Made by a program: the position numbers and the translations under genes
Virus record (IMG/VR): IMGVR_UViG_3300022074_000002
Strand: one strand, 5' to 3'
Length of the DNA: 64,000 nt
Origin: a virus
Part shown: piece by piece, positions 1 to 10,259 of the stretch
How positions within the stretch are numbered: the stretch's first letter is position 1
How the letters are laid out: every line of letters begins with the position of its first letter
The notes under the pieces: generated by a model
Databases searched by the model: none
Told to the model about the DNA's origin: nothing
The model's input: the letters and a program-made list of their open reading frames with translations, nothing else

Positions 1-1
1 T

Positions 2-565
2 TTTCCTTCTAACTTTGTTTTTTATACCAAAGTTAAAGACCATGAACAATTAAAGAAAAAGTTATTACCTCAGATATATGCTAATGAATCTGGTATCACA
101 TATAAAGGTGAGTATCAAGATTCAATAACAAACTATTTTGAGGAGAACAACATTCTTCTTGACATGGAGGAGGAAATATATCATAATGTAGTATGGGATC
201 CATTCAACCAAATGTTGGAGGATCCCAATTTGAATATCGTTCATAGACCACAGGAATCAAAACTGCAGTCTATGTGGTATAATGTCTATCGTGATGGTAA
301 GTGTTGGCATAAGACACATACACATCCGTCGTCTACATTCTCTGGCATATATCTCTTACATCTAGAAGGAGAGAATGGCACAGTGTTTACTCAACTTGGA
401 CATCAATTGTTTGAGATGAACTACAACACAAAAAACAATGTAGAGGGAGAGGTGATTATATTTCCATCATCTCTACCACATAGTGTGGTGTCTTTTGGAA
501 CTCATAAGGTTTCTATTTCATTTAACATTATGTCTAGAAATGAAAAGTATGGAAATATATTTTGA
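2..565 (+). CDS. Putative 2OG-Fe(II) oxygenase-like protein, 5'-truncated by the window edge
   Basis: Frame is open from nt 2 (FPSNFVFYTKVK...) into the called ORF 164..565; HTH motif, F-S-G-I-Y-L strand and C-terminal GEVIIFPSSLPHSV typical of cyanophage oxygenase-like proteins. Confidence 0.65.
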   Translation, partial: FPSNFVFYTKVKDHEQLKKKLLPQIYANESGITYKGEYQDSITNYFEENNILLDMEEEIYHNVVWDPFNQMLEDPNLNIVHRPQESKLQSMWYNVYRDGKCWHKTHTHPSSTFSGIYLLHLEGENGTVFTQLGHQLFEMNYNTKNNVEGEVIIFPSSLPHSVVSFGTHKVSISFNIMSRNEKYGNIF

Positions 566-590
566 CAAATTTAATTTTAGGTGCTAGAAT

Positions 591-923
591 ATGGCTGTAT
601 CTGTTGTCACCTTTAAAACAGGTGATCGTGTTATTACAGAATTAAAAGAGATCTTTGATGAAGAAGGAGACAACAAAAAAGGAGTCTGTCTTCTCATGGA
701 AGAACCATATATTTTAACTCTTGATGGTAGCACACCACAGTATCTTACTGAACAATCTGGTATGGAATATCAGGTAAGGTTTAGTAAATGGAATCCTTAC
801 TCTCCCGATTGGCAGTTTAAGATTCCGTATGATTGTGTTATGACAATCAGTAGTCCAGAAAAAGGATTACAAGATGCTTATGAAAAGAAACTTCAAGAAA
901 AAAAGGAACTAACAAATGAATGA
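591..923 (+). CDS. Conserved cyanophage hypothetical protein, probable Sm-like fold
   Basis: 110 aa ORF with FSKWNPYS motif shared with the next two ORFs; position upstream of gp43. Confidence 0.6.
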   Translation: MAVSVVTFKTGDRVITELKEIFDEEGDNKKGVCLLMEEPYILTLDGSTPQYLTEQSGMEYQVRFSKWNPYSPDWQFKIPYDCVMTISSPEKGLQDAYEKKLQEKKELTNE

Positions 924-1296
924 AGAATTGATTACTAATCATAATATGAGAATCGTTAGTCTTACAACCTCAGAACGTGTTCTGTGTTTGTTTGGTGAGA
1001 TTAAAGGTGATGATGATAAGGTAGCAGGGTATAGAATGGTGTATCCATATCTACTTACTCTTGGAGAACTAAATGAGGATGGAACTATTCCTATTAACTA
1101 TTCTAGATGGTGTCCATATTCTCCTATTGAAGATCATAGAATTAGTGGTGAGCATATTATTAGTGTCGTATATCCTGATAATAATATTGTCAAGAATTAT
1201 GCTGACAGACTAAAAGAGATTGGTCTAAAGGATGAACAAATTTTCTACGAGGTAAAGGAAGATGGAGATAGCAGCGAATCTACTGCGACTGAGTAA
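916..1296 (+). CDS. Hypothetical protein, paralog of 591..923
   Basis: 126 aa; YSRWCPYSP motif; overlaps the upstream stop. Confidence 0.6.
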   Translation: MNEELITNHNMRIVSLTTSERVLCLFGEIKGDDDKVAGYRMVYPYLLTLGELNEDGTIPINYSRWCPYSPIEDHRISGEHIISVVYPDNNIVKNYADRLKEIGLKDEQIFYEVKEDGDSSESTATE

Positions 1297-1519
1297 TGAA
1301 TGGATAGTTGCCCAAGTTGATGAAGTAGAAGGTGAGACACTACCTGGTGATCCTGACTGTGTACTTCGTCAACCTTTTATGGTAGACTATGAAGGTAACC
1401 TAAGTCAGTGGCCTAAGAACTCTGATGATCGTGAGGTAGTAGTCAGGTCAACTGACATTACTACCATTGTAAGTCCTAGTAAGGATCTACTTGCAAACTA
1501 TATTAAATCCCTTGAATGA
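1262..1519 (+). CDS. Hypothetical protein, third member of the Sm-like tandem
   Basis: 85 aa; LSQWP motif; ATGA overlap with gp43. Confidence 0.6.
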   Translation: MEIAANLLRLSNEWIVAQVDEVEGETLPGDPDCVLRQPFMVDYEGNLSQWPKNSDDREVVVRSTDITTIVSPSKDLLANYIKSLE

Positions 1520-4005
1520 AGTTTTACACAAGTGTTGAACAAGCAGGAAATCGTCTCCTCGTAAGAGGATACAATAATGGTGACAGATACAGCGTTCGGG
1601 TTCCTTTTAACCCAACGCTTTTTTTGCCCACAAAAAACTTTTCCAAATGGAAAACACTAGAAGGAGAATGTGTAGAACCACATAAGTTTGGTTCTATATC
1701 AGAAGCAAGAGAGTTTGTAAAACAATACAAAGAAATTCCTGACTTTGACATTTATGGGAATACAAGATTTTTATATCAGTACATCGCAGAACAACATCCA
1801 GAAGAAGAACTAAAGTTTGATAGTAGTAAGATTCGTATATTCAATATTGATATTGAGACTGCTGCTGAGAATGGATTTCCAGACATAGAATCTGCTGATC
1901 AAGAGATACTTGCTATCTCTATCAAAGATAGTTTCTCTGGTAGAATTACTGTGTTTGGTGCAAGACCATACGATAACAAAGATCCTATGGTTGATTACAT
2001 GCACTTTAGATCGGAAGAAAGTATGATGAATGCTTTCTTAGATTACTGGCAAGCAAATTATCCTGATGTAATTACAGGATGGAACGTGCAGTTGTTTGAT
2101 ATGCCATACATCTGTAATCGTATTGAACGTATACTAGGTGAGAAGTTTGTAAAATTATTATCACCATGGAGATTGGTATCACAACGTGAGATCTTCATCA
2201 AAGGTCGTAAACAATTTGCGGTTGATACACTTGGTATATCTACACTTGATTACTTAGAACTATACAAGAAGTTTACTTATTCTAATCAGGAATCATATCG
2301 TCTTGACTACATCTGTAATGTAGAACTAGGAGAAAAGAAACTAGATCACTCTGAGTTTGATACATTCAAAGAGTTCTATGAGAACGACTGGCAAAAGTTT
2401 ATTGATTACAACATCCATGACGTTCGTTTAGTTGATAAACTAGAAGACAAGATGAAATTGATTGAACTCGCATACACTATGGCATATGATGCCAAGGTAA
2501 ACTATGAAGATGTATTCAGTCAGGTTCGTATGTGGGACAACTACATCTACAATGAGTTAAACAAACGTAGGATTGCCATACCCCCTAAGAAAGAAGCAAC
2601 AAAGAATGAGAAATACGCAGGAGCATATGTTAAAGAACCGAAACCAGGATTCTATGATTGGGTTGTGTCTTTCGATCTCAACTCTCTGTATCCTCATCTT
2701 ATTATGCAGTACAATATCTCCCCAGAGACACTCAGGGAAAGCAGACATCCCAGTGCGAGCGTTGAGGGGATTCTAAATCAAAAGGTAGAGATTGATAAAC
2801 AGTTTGCTACATGTGCTAATGGTGCACAGTATCGTAAAGACGTGCATGGTTTCTTACCAGAGATGATGAAAAAGATGTATGACTCTAGAGTCATCTTCAA
2901 AAAGAGAATGATTAAAGCAAAGCAACAGTATGAAAAAACTCCTACTGTTGAACTTACAAAAGAGATTGCTCGCTGTAATAATATACAAATGGCAAAGAAG
3001 ATTTCTCTCAACTCTGCCTATGGTGCTATTGGCAACGAACACTTTAGATACTATAAGACAGCAAATGCAGAAGCAATTACACTGTCAGGACAGGTTTCTA
3101 TCCGTTGGATAGAGAACAAAATGAACAGATACCTAAATAAACTACTCTCTACAGAAAAGGTAGATTATGTCATCGCATCTGACACCGACTCAATATATCT
3201 TAATCTTGGACCTCTTGTTGATAAATTTTTTGCTGCTAAGTCTAGCGACAAAACAGCAGTTGTTTCCTTACTTGACAAGATATGTCAAGAAAAATTGGAA
3301 CCATTTATCGAGAAGAGTTATCAGGAGTTGGCGTCGTACGTTTCAGCGTACGAACAAAAAATGAGTATGAAGAGAGAGAATATTGCAGACAGAGGTATAT
3401 GGACAGCAAAGAAAAGATACATATTAAATGTATGGGACTCAGAAGGAGTTAGATACAATGAACCCAAGATGAAGATCATGGGTCTAGAAACTGCTAGGTC
3501 ATCAACACCAGCATACTTTCGGGATAAATTATATGCAGCGTTTCAGATTATTATCGGCAAAGACAATGATGAGCTTATCTCTTTCATCAATGGAGTCCGC
3601 AGCGAAACAAGGGAGCGACCCTATGATGAAGTCGCCTTCCCACGTGGAGTCAACAATCTATCCAAGTACAGACATCCAACAAACATTTACTCAAAAGGAA
3701 CCCCGATCCATGTCAGAGGGGCACTCTTATACAACTGGTACGTCAAAAAATATAAAGTAGAACATAAGCATCCATTTATACAGGAGGGTGAGAAGATCAA
3801 GTTTATGTACTTGAAAACACCTAACCCTCTACATGAAAACTGTATCAGTTTCTTTGGTGAACTGCCAAAGGAATTTGGTATAGAGAAATATGTTGATTAT
3901 CAAACACAATTTGAGAAGAGTTTCTTGGAACCTTTGAAAAACGTGCTACAATGTATAGGGTGGACACACGAAAAAGTTATTACTATAGGGAGGTTCTTTG
4001 AATGA
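1516..4005 (+). CDS. gp43: Family B DNA polymerase (T4 gp43)
   Basis: 829 aa; ExoI DIET, PolA SFDLNSLYP, PolB KISLNSAYG, PolC DTDS motifs; no intein or intron. Confidence 0.98.
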   Translation: MKFYTSVEQAGNRLLVRGYNNGDRYSVRVPFNPTLFLPTKNFSKWKTLEGECVEPHKFGSISEAREFVKQYKEIPDFDIYGNTRFLYQYIAEQHPEEELKFDSSKIRIFNIDIETAAENGFPDIESADQEILAISIKDSFSGRITVFGARPYDNKDPMVDYMHFRSEESMMNAFLDYWQANYPDVITGWNVQLFDMPYICNRIERILGEKFVKLLSPWRLVSQREIFIKGRKQFAVDTLGISTLDYLELYKKFTYSNQESYRLDYICNVELGEKKLDHSEFDTFKEFYENDWQKFIDYNIHDVRLVDKLEDKMKLIELAYTMAYDAKVNYEDVFSQVRMWDNYIYNELNKRRIAIPPKKEATKNEKYAGAYVKEPKPGFYDWVVSFDLNSLYPHLIMQYNISPETLRESRHPSASVEGILNQKVEIDKQFATCANGAQYRKDVHGFLPEMMKKMYDSRVIFKKRMIKAKQQYEKTPTVELTKEIARCNNIQMAKKISLNSAYGAIGNEHFRYYKTANAEAITLSGQVSIRWIENKMNRYLNKLLSTEKVDYVIASDTDSIYLNLGPLVDKFFAAKSSDKTAVVSLLDKICQEKLEPFIEKSYQELASYVSAYEQKMSMKRENIADRGIWTAKKRYILNVWDSEGVRYNEPKMKIMGLETARSSTPAYFRDKLYAAFQIIIGKDNDELISFINGVRSETRERPYDEVAFPRGVNNLSKYRHPTNIYSKGTPIHVRGALLYNWYVKKYKVEHKHPFIQEGEKIKFMYLKTPNPLHENCISFFGELPKEFGIEKYVDYQTQFEKSFLEPLKNVLQCIGWTHEKVITIGRFFE

Positions 4006-4178
4006 CTAGAAAAGTCTATGTTGTCACTTGGACTAACCACGTCGTTGGTCAGATTGATACCGATAGCATCAAATGTTTTGAGGACTATGAAACTGCTCGT
4101 TCGTTTGCAAAAATGATGAGTAGTGATTATGATTATGTAAATTTTTATGAGGATGAAGCAACACAATGGGATTCTTAG
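4002..4178 (+). CDS. Small hypothetical protein (58 aa), absent from the ORF track
   Basis: [20 protein letters not shown]...QWDS; ATGA overlap with the gp43 stop and 13-nt overlap with uvsX; fills the gap exactly. Confidence 0.65.
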   Translation: MTRKVYVVTWTNHVVGQIDTDSIKCFEDYETARSFAKMMSSDYDYVNFYEDEATQWDS

Positions 4179-5173
4179 ATACAGTAATTAAGGACAGTGG
4201 CAATGAGTTTGCTAGTATAGTAAGTGATGGAGTTGCTGCGGGTGACGTAGACAACTATGTTGACACTGGTTCATATATTTTTAATGCTCTTTGTAGCGGA
4301 TCAATATATGGAGGGATACCTTCTAACAAAGTTACTGCACTTGCAGGAGAGAGCAGCACAGGTAAAACATTTTTTGCACTAAGTGTTGTTCGTAATTTTT
4401 TAGATGCAAATCCTAAAGGAGGAGTCATATACTTTGAGACAGAATCTGCTATCTCTAAAGAGATGATTGAGTCTCGTGGTATTGATTCTCAACGTATGGT
4501 ATTGTTTCCAGTATCTACTATTGAAGAATTTAGAACACAAGCTTGTCGTATCGTAGACAAGTATATGAAAGAACCAAAGAGAGAACCAATGATGTTTGTT
4601 CTTGATTCTCTTGGTATGTTATCTACATCTAAAGAGATGGAAGATGTCGCTAACGATAAACAAGTTAGAGACATGACTAAATCACAATTAATCAAAGGTG
4701 CATTTCGTGTATTGACTTTGAAACTAGGTCAAGCAAAGATACCTATGATTGTGACAAATCATACCTATGATGTAATAGGATCTTACGTACCTACAAAAGA
4801 AATGGGTGGAGGAACAGGACTCAAGTATGCAGCATCAACTATCATCTACCTTGGTAAGAAGAAAGAAAAGGATGGCACAACACTTGTTGGTAACATAATA
4901 AAATGTGAAGCAAAAAAATCTCGATTAACAAAGGAGGGAAGTAAAGTTGAAACTAGATTGTATTTTGATGAACGTGGACTGGATAAGTATTACGGATTAT
5001 TGGAGTTGGGTGAACAGTATGGGGTCTTTGAACGTAAAGGAAATAGGATCGTTGTTGGTGGCAGCAGCGTATATCCTTCTGCAATTCTTAAAGACCCAGA
5101 AAAATACTTTACCGAAGGAGTAATGAAACAACTGGAGGAGGCAGCAAGAAAGGAATATAGTTATGGTGGTTGA
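4166..5173 (+). CDS. uvsX: UvsX RecA-like recombinase
   Basis: 335 aa; Walker A GESSTGKT, Walker [16 protein letters not shown]. Confidence 0.95.
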   Translation: MGFLDTVIKDSGNEFASIVSDGVAAGDVDNYVDTGSYIFNALCSGSIYGGIPSNKVTALAGESSTGKTFFALSVVRNFLDANPKGGVIYFETESAISKEMIESRGIDSQRMVLFPVSTIEEFRTQACRIVDKYMKEPKREPMMFVLDSLGMLSTSKEMEDVANDKQVRDMTKSQLIKGAFRVLTLKLGQAKIPMIVTNHTYDVIGSYVPTKEMGGGTGLKYAASTIIYLGKKKEKDGTTLVGNIIKCEAKKSRLTKEGSKVETRLYFDERGLDKYYGLLELGEQYGVFERKGNRIVVGGSSVYPSAILKDPEKYFTEGVMKQLEEAARKEYSYGG

Positions 5174-6101
5174 TACAATTTTATTTGGAGATTGTCGTGA
5201 GACTTTAAAAGAGTTTGATGGCAAGGCAAGAACTTGTGTCACATCACCACCTTATTATGGATTGCGTGACTACGGTGGAGAAGAGTCACAGATAGGACAG
5301 GAACAATCACCAGAAGAATACATAAAAAATTTAGTAGAAGTATTCAGATCAGTTCGTGATGTCTTAACTGATGATGGCACATTATGGGTAAACATAGGTG
5401 ATAGTTATTACAACTATAGACCTGGTAAAGGACAAGCATTACCAAAACAAACTGTAAGTAAAACAAAACAAGATCTACCTGACAAGTGTGCTAAGAGAGG
5501 AAACAAATTAGAAGGTCTCAAAGAGAAGGACTTGATAGGTATACCATGGATGTTAGCATTTGCATTACGTGCAGATGGATGGTATCTACGTCAGGATATT
5601 ATATGGCATAAACCTAATCCTATGCCTGAGTCAGTTAAAGATAGGTGTACTAAATCACACGAATATATTTTTCTACTTTCTAAAAATCGTAAATACTATT
5701 ATAACAATGAAGCAATTAAAGAACCCGTCAAGCAAGACTGGGGCACTAGAGACAGGACTAAAGGTAAGTACCATAATCCTGGTACTGGGTTGGTTCCTCA
5801 TAGTGGGTTATCCAAGTCTTATGACAGGAAAAATAAGCGAGATGTTTGGACTGTAACAAACAAACCATATAAGGGAGCACACTTTGCTGTGTATCCACCT
5901 GACTTAATTGAACCTTGTATCAAGGCAGGGAGTGAAGAGGGAGACATAGTTCTAGATCCATTCATGGGATCAGGAACAACAGCAGTTGTGTCCAAATCAT
6001 TAAATAGACATTATATTGGTTGCGAACTACATGAAGACTATGGTAGACTAATACAGAAGAGACTAAGTGAGAAATCATTTGCGAGGTTAAAACTAGAATG
6101 A
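5163..6101 (+). CDS. Beta-class amino DNA methyltransferase (probably N4-cytosine)
   Basis: N-terminal catalytic TSPPY and C-terminal SAM-binding DPFMGSGTT; HFAVYP motif. Confidence 0.9.
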   Translation: MVVDTILFGDCRETLKEFDGKARTCVTSPPYYGLRDYGGEESQIGQEQSPEEYIKNLVEVFRSVRDVLTDDGTLWVNIGDSYYNYRPGKGQALPKQTVSKTKQDLPDKCAKRGNKLEGLKEKDLIGIPWMLAFALRADGWYLRQDIIWHKPNPMPESVKDRCTKSHEYIFLLSKNRKYYYNNEAIKEPVKQDWGTRDRTKGKYHNPGTGLVPHSGLSKSYDRKNKRDVWTVTNKPYKGAHFAVYPPDLIEPCIKAGSEEGDIVLDPFMGSGTTAVVSKSLNRHYIGCELHEDYGRLIQKRLSEKSFARLKLE

Positions 6102-7483
6102 CAGAACGAATAGAAGAATCAATTCTAAGGAACCTCATTTACAATGAAACTTATTATAGAAAAGTTGTTCCTTTTATAAAAGCAGATTATTTCCAAGAGT
6201 ACCATGAAAAAATTGTATTTGAAGAGATTGCAGACTTCGCTGCTAAGTACGATAAAGTACCTACTAAAGAAGTTCTCACAATTAATCTCCAGAACCGAGG
6301 AGATCTTACAGAAGAAACATTCAAAGATTCAGTACAGGGAATAAATTCTCTTTCTGATGATTGGGTTGATTACGACTGGTTGTTAGATGCCACAGAAAAA
6401 TGGTGTCAAGACCGTGCTATATACTTAGCACTCATGCAGTCTATTAAGATTGCTGATGGCGGAGAAACTAAGTTTACCAAGGGTGCTATACCTAGCATCT
6501 TACAGGATGCTCTTGCTGTCTCCTTCGACGAACATATAGGACATGACTACATTGAACAATCATCAGACAGATATGAATTTTATCACAGGAAAGAAGAAAA
6601 AATTCCCTTTGATTTGGAAAAGTTTAACTTTATTACGAAAGGTGGTCTCCCTAACAAGACTCTCAACATCGCTCTTGCTGGTACAGGTGTCGGGAAGAGT
6701 TTATTCATGTGCCACATGGCTGGTTCCGCCCTCACTCAGGGCTACAACGTTCTCTACATTACATGTGAAATGGCAGAGGAGAAGATTGCTGAACGAATTG
6801 ACGCAAATCTTCTAAACGTAAACGTCAAGGACATCATGGAACTTCCTGAGGTTTTATTTAATTCAAAAGTAAATGAGATCTCTAGAAAAACACAAGGTAA
6901 ACTGATCATTAAAGAGTACCCTACTGCATCTGCACATGCAGGACATTTTAAGGCACTCTTAAGTGATCTTAAACTGAAGAAAGATTTTGCACCTGATCTT
7001 ATCTTTATAGACTATCTAAACATTTGTGCATCTGTTAGATATAAAGGTGCTGTTGTTAACTCGTATACTTATGTTAAAGCGATTGCTGAAGAGCTTCGGG
7101 GTCTTGCTGTGGAAAGTAATGTACCTATTATCTCTGCCACTCAAACTACTCGTAGTGGGTTTGGTAACTCTGATCCCGATCTCACTGACACTTCTGAGTC
7201 TTTTGGTCTCCCTGCCACTGCTGATTTTATGTTTGCCCTTATATCTACTGAGGAGCTCGAGCAACAGGGTCGCATCTTGGTCAAACAACTTAAGAACAGA
7301 TACAACGACCCGACTGCCTCAAGAAAATTTATTCTGGGAATTGACAGAGCGAAAATGAGGTTGTATGATGTAGCAGAAGATTCATCTGCCATCAATATAG
7401 AAGATGAAAAGGTAGGAGAAACCTTACAACAATTCTCACAAACACAAAACCGATTATCTAAATTTGCAGAATGGAACGTATAA
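6098..7483 (+). CDS. gp41: Replicative helicase (T4 gp41)
   Basis: 461 aa; AGTGVGKS Walker A, IFIDYL Walker B, SESFGLPATAD, KQLKNRY. Confidence 0.97.
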   Translation: MTERIEESILRNLIYNETYYRKVVPFIKADYFQEYHEKIVFEEIADFAAKYDKVPTKEVLTINLQNRGDLTEETFKDSVQGINSLSDDWVDYDWLLDATEKWCQDRAIYLALMQSIKIADGGETKFTKGAIPSILQDALAVSFDEHIGHDYIEQSSDRYEFYHRKEEKIPFDLEKFNFITKGGLPNKTLNIALAGTGVGKSLFMCHMAGSALTQGYNVLYITCEMAEEKIAERIDANLLNVNVKDIMELPEVLFNSKVNEISRKTQGKLIIKEYPTASAHAGHFKALLSDLKLKKDFAPDLIFIDYLNICASVRYKGAVVNSYTYVKAIAEELRGLAVESNVPIISATQTTRSGFGNSDPDLTDTSESFGLPATADFMFALISTEELEQQGRILVKQLKNRYNDPTASRKFILGIDRAKMRLYDVAEDSSAINIEDEKVGETLQQFSQTQNRLSKFAEWNV

Positions 7484-7887
7484 AGCATGTGGACTTTGAT
7501 AGGTACACTCATTTCGTGGATGCTGTCACAAGCACTCCTAGTAAGGATTTTAAATCTCTTGTTGATCGCTTGGGTGAACTTGACAGAGAAGGTGCCAATA
7601 TTGAACGCCTTACCACTGCTGGTGTTGGGATTAATGCTGAAGGTGGAGAGTTCCTTGAGATCATTAAGAAGATGGTATTCCAAGGTAAACCATGGAACGA
7701 AGACAACAGAGAACATCTGATCATTGAACTTGGTGACATCATGTGGTACGTAGCACAAGCATGCATGGCACTCGAAGTATCGTTTGATGATGTGATTGCT
7801 ACCAATGTTAAGAAACTAGAGAAGCGTTATCCTGAGGGATCTTTTGACGTTTACTTTTCTGAGAATAGGAAGAAAGGAGATAGGTAA
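7471..7887 (+). CDS. mazG: MazG-like NTP pyrophosphohydrolase
   Basis: AEGGEFLEIIKK and ELGDIMWY metal-binding motifs; usual position after gp41 in cyanomyoviruses. Confidence 0.9.
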   Translation: MERIKHVDFDRYTHFVDAVTSTPSKDFKSLVDRLGELDREGANIERLTTAGVGINAEGGEFLEIIKKMVFQGKPWNEDNREHLIIELGDIMWYVAQACMALEVSFDDVIATNVKKLEKRYPEGSFDVYFSENRKKGDR

Positions 7888-9069
7888 GTGGCATTCGACA
7901 TCCTACCATCTACATTTGAAGAAGCTGGAAAAGCAGTAAAATTTATGAATGAAGCATCTGCTAAAGAAGCATTGCGTTTGTACAGATATTTGCTTCAAAA
8001 TTATGGAGATGTCGTACAAAATCCTTTAGCATTTGATTCTAGTAAGAAGAATGAATGTAAGATTATAAGGTTGTTAGAAGGTGGATTTACTATAAAACAA
8101 CTTACAAAAGAATTAAGTCTCACAAAATTGAGACCAGATTTTGGTGATGGTAGTAGAGGAAAAAAAGGAAAGAATAATCAAGGAAGTTTATTTGAGAGAG
8201 ACATGGAAGTCGCTCTTAACAAATGGATTGATACAAATACTATACAAAACAATAAATACAAAAGTTTTCTCGAAGACATAATAAAATATTATAAGTTAGA
8301 AAAATGTCAAAAAATTATTGTAGTTCCTGAGGGTAAATCAAATAAAAAAAGACCAATGAAATTAGTAAGTGAACATTGGGAAGTGGGAACTGCATCATAT
8401 ACTAATGGATATGACATAGGTTCTACTGTTACTGATATAACATTAGATACTGAATGTGATAATGTAAAACGTAAAATATATCTTTCACTTAAAACTAGTG
8501 GTACAACCAACCTATCTAATCTTGGATTAAAAACTAATGTATTTCCCGTAGAAGAAGTTAAGGCAGGAAAAATAGAAAAGAAAGAAGGACAAGCATTAAT
8601 AAGAACTTTTGGTTTGAATGAACAATTTTTATGTGCTACTTTTAATGAATATCAAAATGGAAATAGAAAATATCATCAAGTAGATACTAGACCAGTGTAT
8701 AATCATCAATTAATAAAGGAACTTATAATGGGATCTCTAGGATATGGTTATCACTATGTGCATTTACAGAGAGGAACAAAAATTAAACATCTAGAAATAG
8801 ATAAGAATTTTTTAGAAAGAGCATCCACTCCAAGAGATGTAAAAATAAGTTACGGTGGTGACACAGGAGGGAAAAAACGTGTTAATATACATATGGTGAC
8901 TCCTGTATTTAACATGGTTTTTAACATCAGAAACACAACTGATAAAGGAACTACAGCAGATCCACTTCGTGTGTATCCTGACAAGTTACAGACAAAATAT
9001 ACAATCATAGGTGAGACTGTTGCAACAGGACATAAAGGAGATTCTACAGAAATAGCAGACGATAGTTAA
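7888..9069 (+). CDS. Hypothetical protein with a putative PD-(D/E)XK nuclease signature
   Basis: 393 aa, GTG start; GSLFE, TDITL and YLSLK motifs in restriction-endonuclease-like order. Confidence 0.5.
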   Translation: MAFDILPSTFEEAGKAVKFMNEASAKEALRLYRYLLQNYGDVVQNPLAFDSSKKNECKIIRLLEGGFTIKQLTKELSLTKLRPDFGDGSRGKKGKNNQGSLFERDMEVALNKWIDTNTIQNNKYKSFLEDIIKYYKLEKCQKIIVVPEGKSNKKRPMKLVSEHWEVGTASYTNGYDIGSTVTDITLDTECDNVKRKIYLSLKTSGTTNLSNLGLKTNVFPVEEVKAGKIEKKEGQALIRTFGLNEQFLCATFNEYQNGNRKYHQVDTRPVYNHQLIKELIMGSLGYGYHYVHLQRGTKIKHLEIDKNFLERASTPRDVKISYGGDTGGKKRVNIHMVTPVFNMVFNIRNTTDKGTTADPLRVYPDKLQTKYTIIGETVATGHKGDSTEIADDS

Positions 9070-10259
9070 TGGCAAACGTAACTCAACTAAAACACCTTGA
9101 ACATTTGGAAGATGAAATGCTCAACTATGGAGTTGATGGTTGTATAGCGTCTGTTAATTTTCTCAAAGAACTGAGAAAGATGCTTGGATGTGATAACAGT
9201 ACAGGTTTTATGCAAACTAAATGGGATGGTGCACCATCAGTTGTATGTGGTACTGATCCTAATAGTGGTATGTTTTTTGTTGGAACTAAATCTGTTTTTG
9301 CAAAAAATTCTAAGGCATGTTACGATGACGTTGATGTAGATTTATATTATGAAGGAGATCTTGCAGAAAAATTAAAATATTCTTTGAAGTATTTTTCTAC
9401 TTTAGGTATACAAGGTATAGTTCAAGGAGATTTACTGTTTACTACTGATGTAAAAAGAGAAACAGTTAGTGGAGAGAAATTATATACATTTACACCAAAC
9501 ACTATAACGTATGGTATACCTGTAGATCATCCTATAGGTGTAGCAACAGGTAAAGCAAAGATAGGTGTAGTTTTTCATACACATTATAGAGGTACTGATT
9601 TTCAAACTATGCAAGCAGTTGCTGGTGCAAAGGTAAAAGGATCTATTGATGTGTTATCTGTTGATAATGACACTCCAATGGATAGAGTTGGTTTGAATCA
9701 TTCAGAAGAATTGTTGTTTGATAAGTATGTTGCTAACATAGAAAAAATGTGTGCTGAATCTGGAGACTTTTTAGATGAATTAACCACTCTTTCTGGTACT
9801 GCAGGAGATGCTAAATGGCATGTATCTTCATATCTCAAACAGTTTTTCAATAGTCAAATCAAAAATCAAAAGACTATATCAAATACAACAAAAGCACTCG
9901 AAGACTTGACTAATTTTTATCATAGTAAGGTAAAACCTCTTGCTGATAAGATAAAAACACCAAAGACACAGGTTGCTAAGAAGAAATTAATATATGATAG
10001 TGAAAACTATCTAATCAATAACGCTACAAAGTTCAAATCAATGCTAGGTTTGTACAAAGAGATACAAGAAATCAAGAAATTTGTCATTGATAAACTAGAT
10101 AAACTAGAAACTTTTAAAACATTTGTACAAACAGACACAGGATATAAAGTCACAGGTCCTGAAGGTTATGTTCTACATAAGAATGGAGACATGATTAAGT
10201 TTGTTAATCGTCTTGAGTTCTCATACAATAACTTTACTGTTGCAAAGAAATGGCGTTAG
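9069..10259 (+). CDS. Conserved cyanophage protein with ligase/covalent nucleotidyltransferase motifs (DUF6267-like)
   Basis: KWDG (motif I), QGDLLF (III), EGYV (IV), IKFVNR (V). Confidence 0.6.
   Translation: MANVTQLKHLEHLEDEMLNYGVDGCIASVNFLKELRKMLGCDNSTGFMQTKWDGAPSVVCGTDPNSGMFFVGTKSVFAKNSKACYDDVDVDLYYEGDLAEKLKYSLKYFSTLGIQGIVQGDLLFTTDVKRETVSGEKLYTFTPNTITYGIPVDHPIGVATGKAKIGVVFHTHYRGTDFQTMQAVAGAKVKGSIDVLSVDNDTPMDRVGLNHSEELLFDKYVANIEKMCAESGDFLDELTTLSGTAGDAKWHVSSYLKQFFNSQIKNQKTISNTTKALEDLTNFYHSKVKPLADKIKTPKTQVAKKKLIYDSENYLINNATKFKSMLGLYKEIQEIKKFVIDKLDKLETFKTFVQTDTGYKVTGPEGYVLHKNGDMIKFVNRLEFSYNNFTVAKKWR

Noticed and set aside
5163-9069. Calling the MTase and nuclease-like ORF a restriction-modification system
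   Set aside because: They are separated by gp41 and mazG and the nuclease call rests on short motifs; kept only as a hypothesis.
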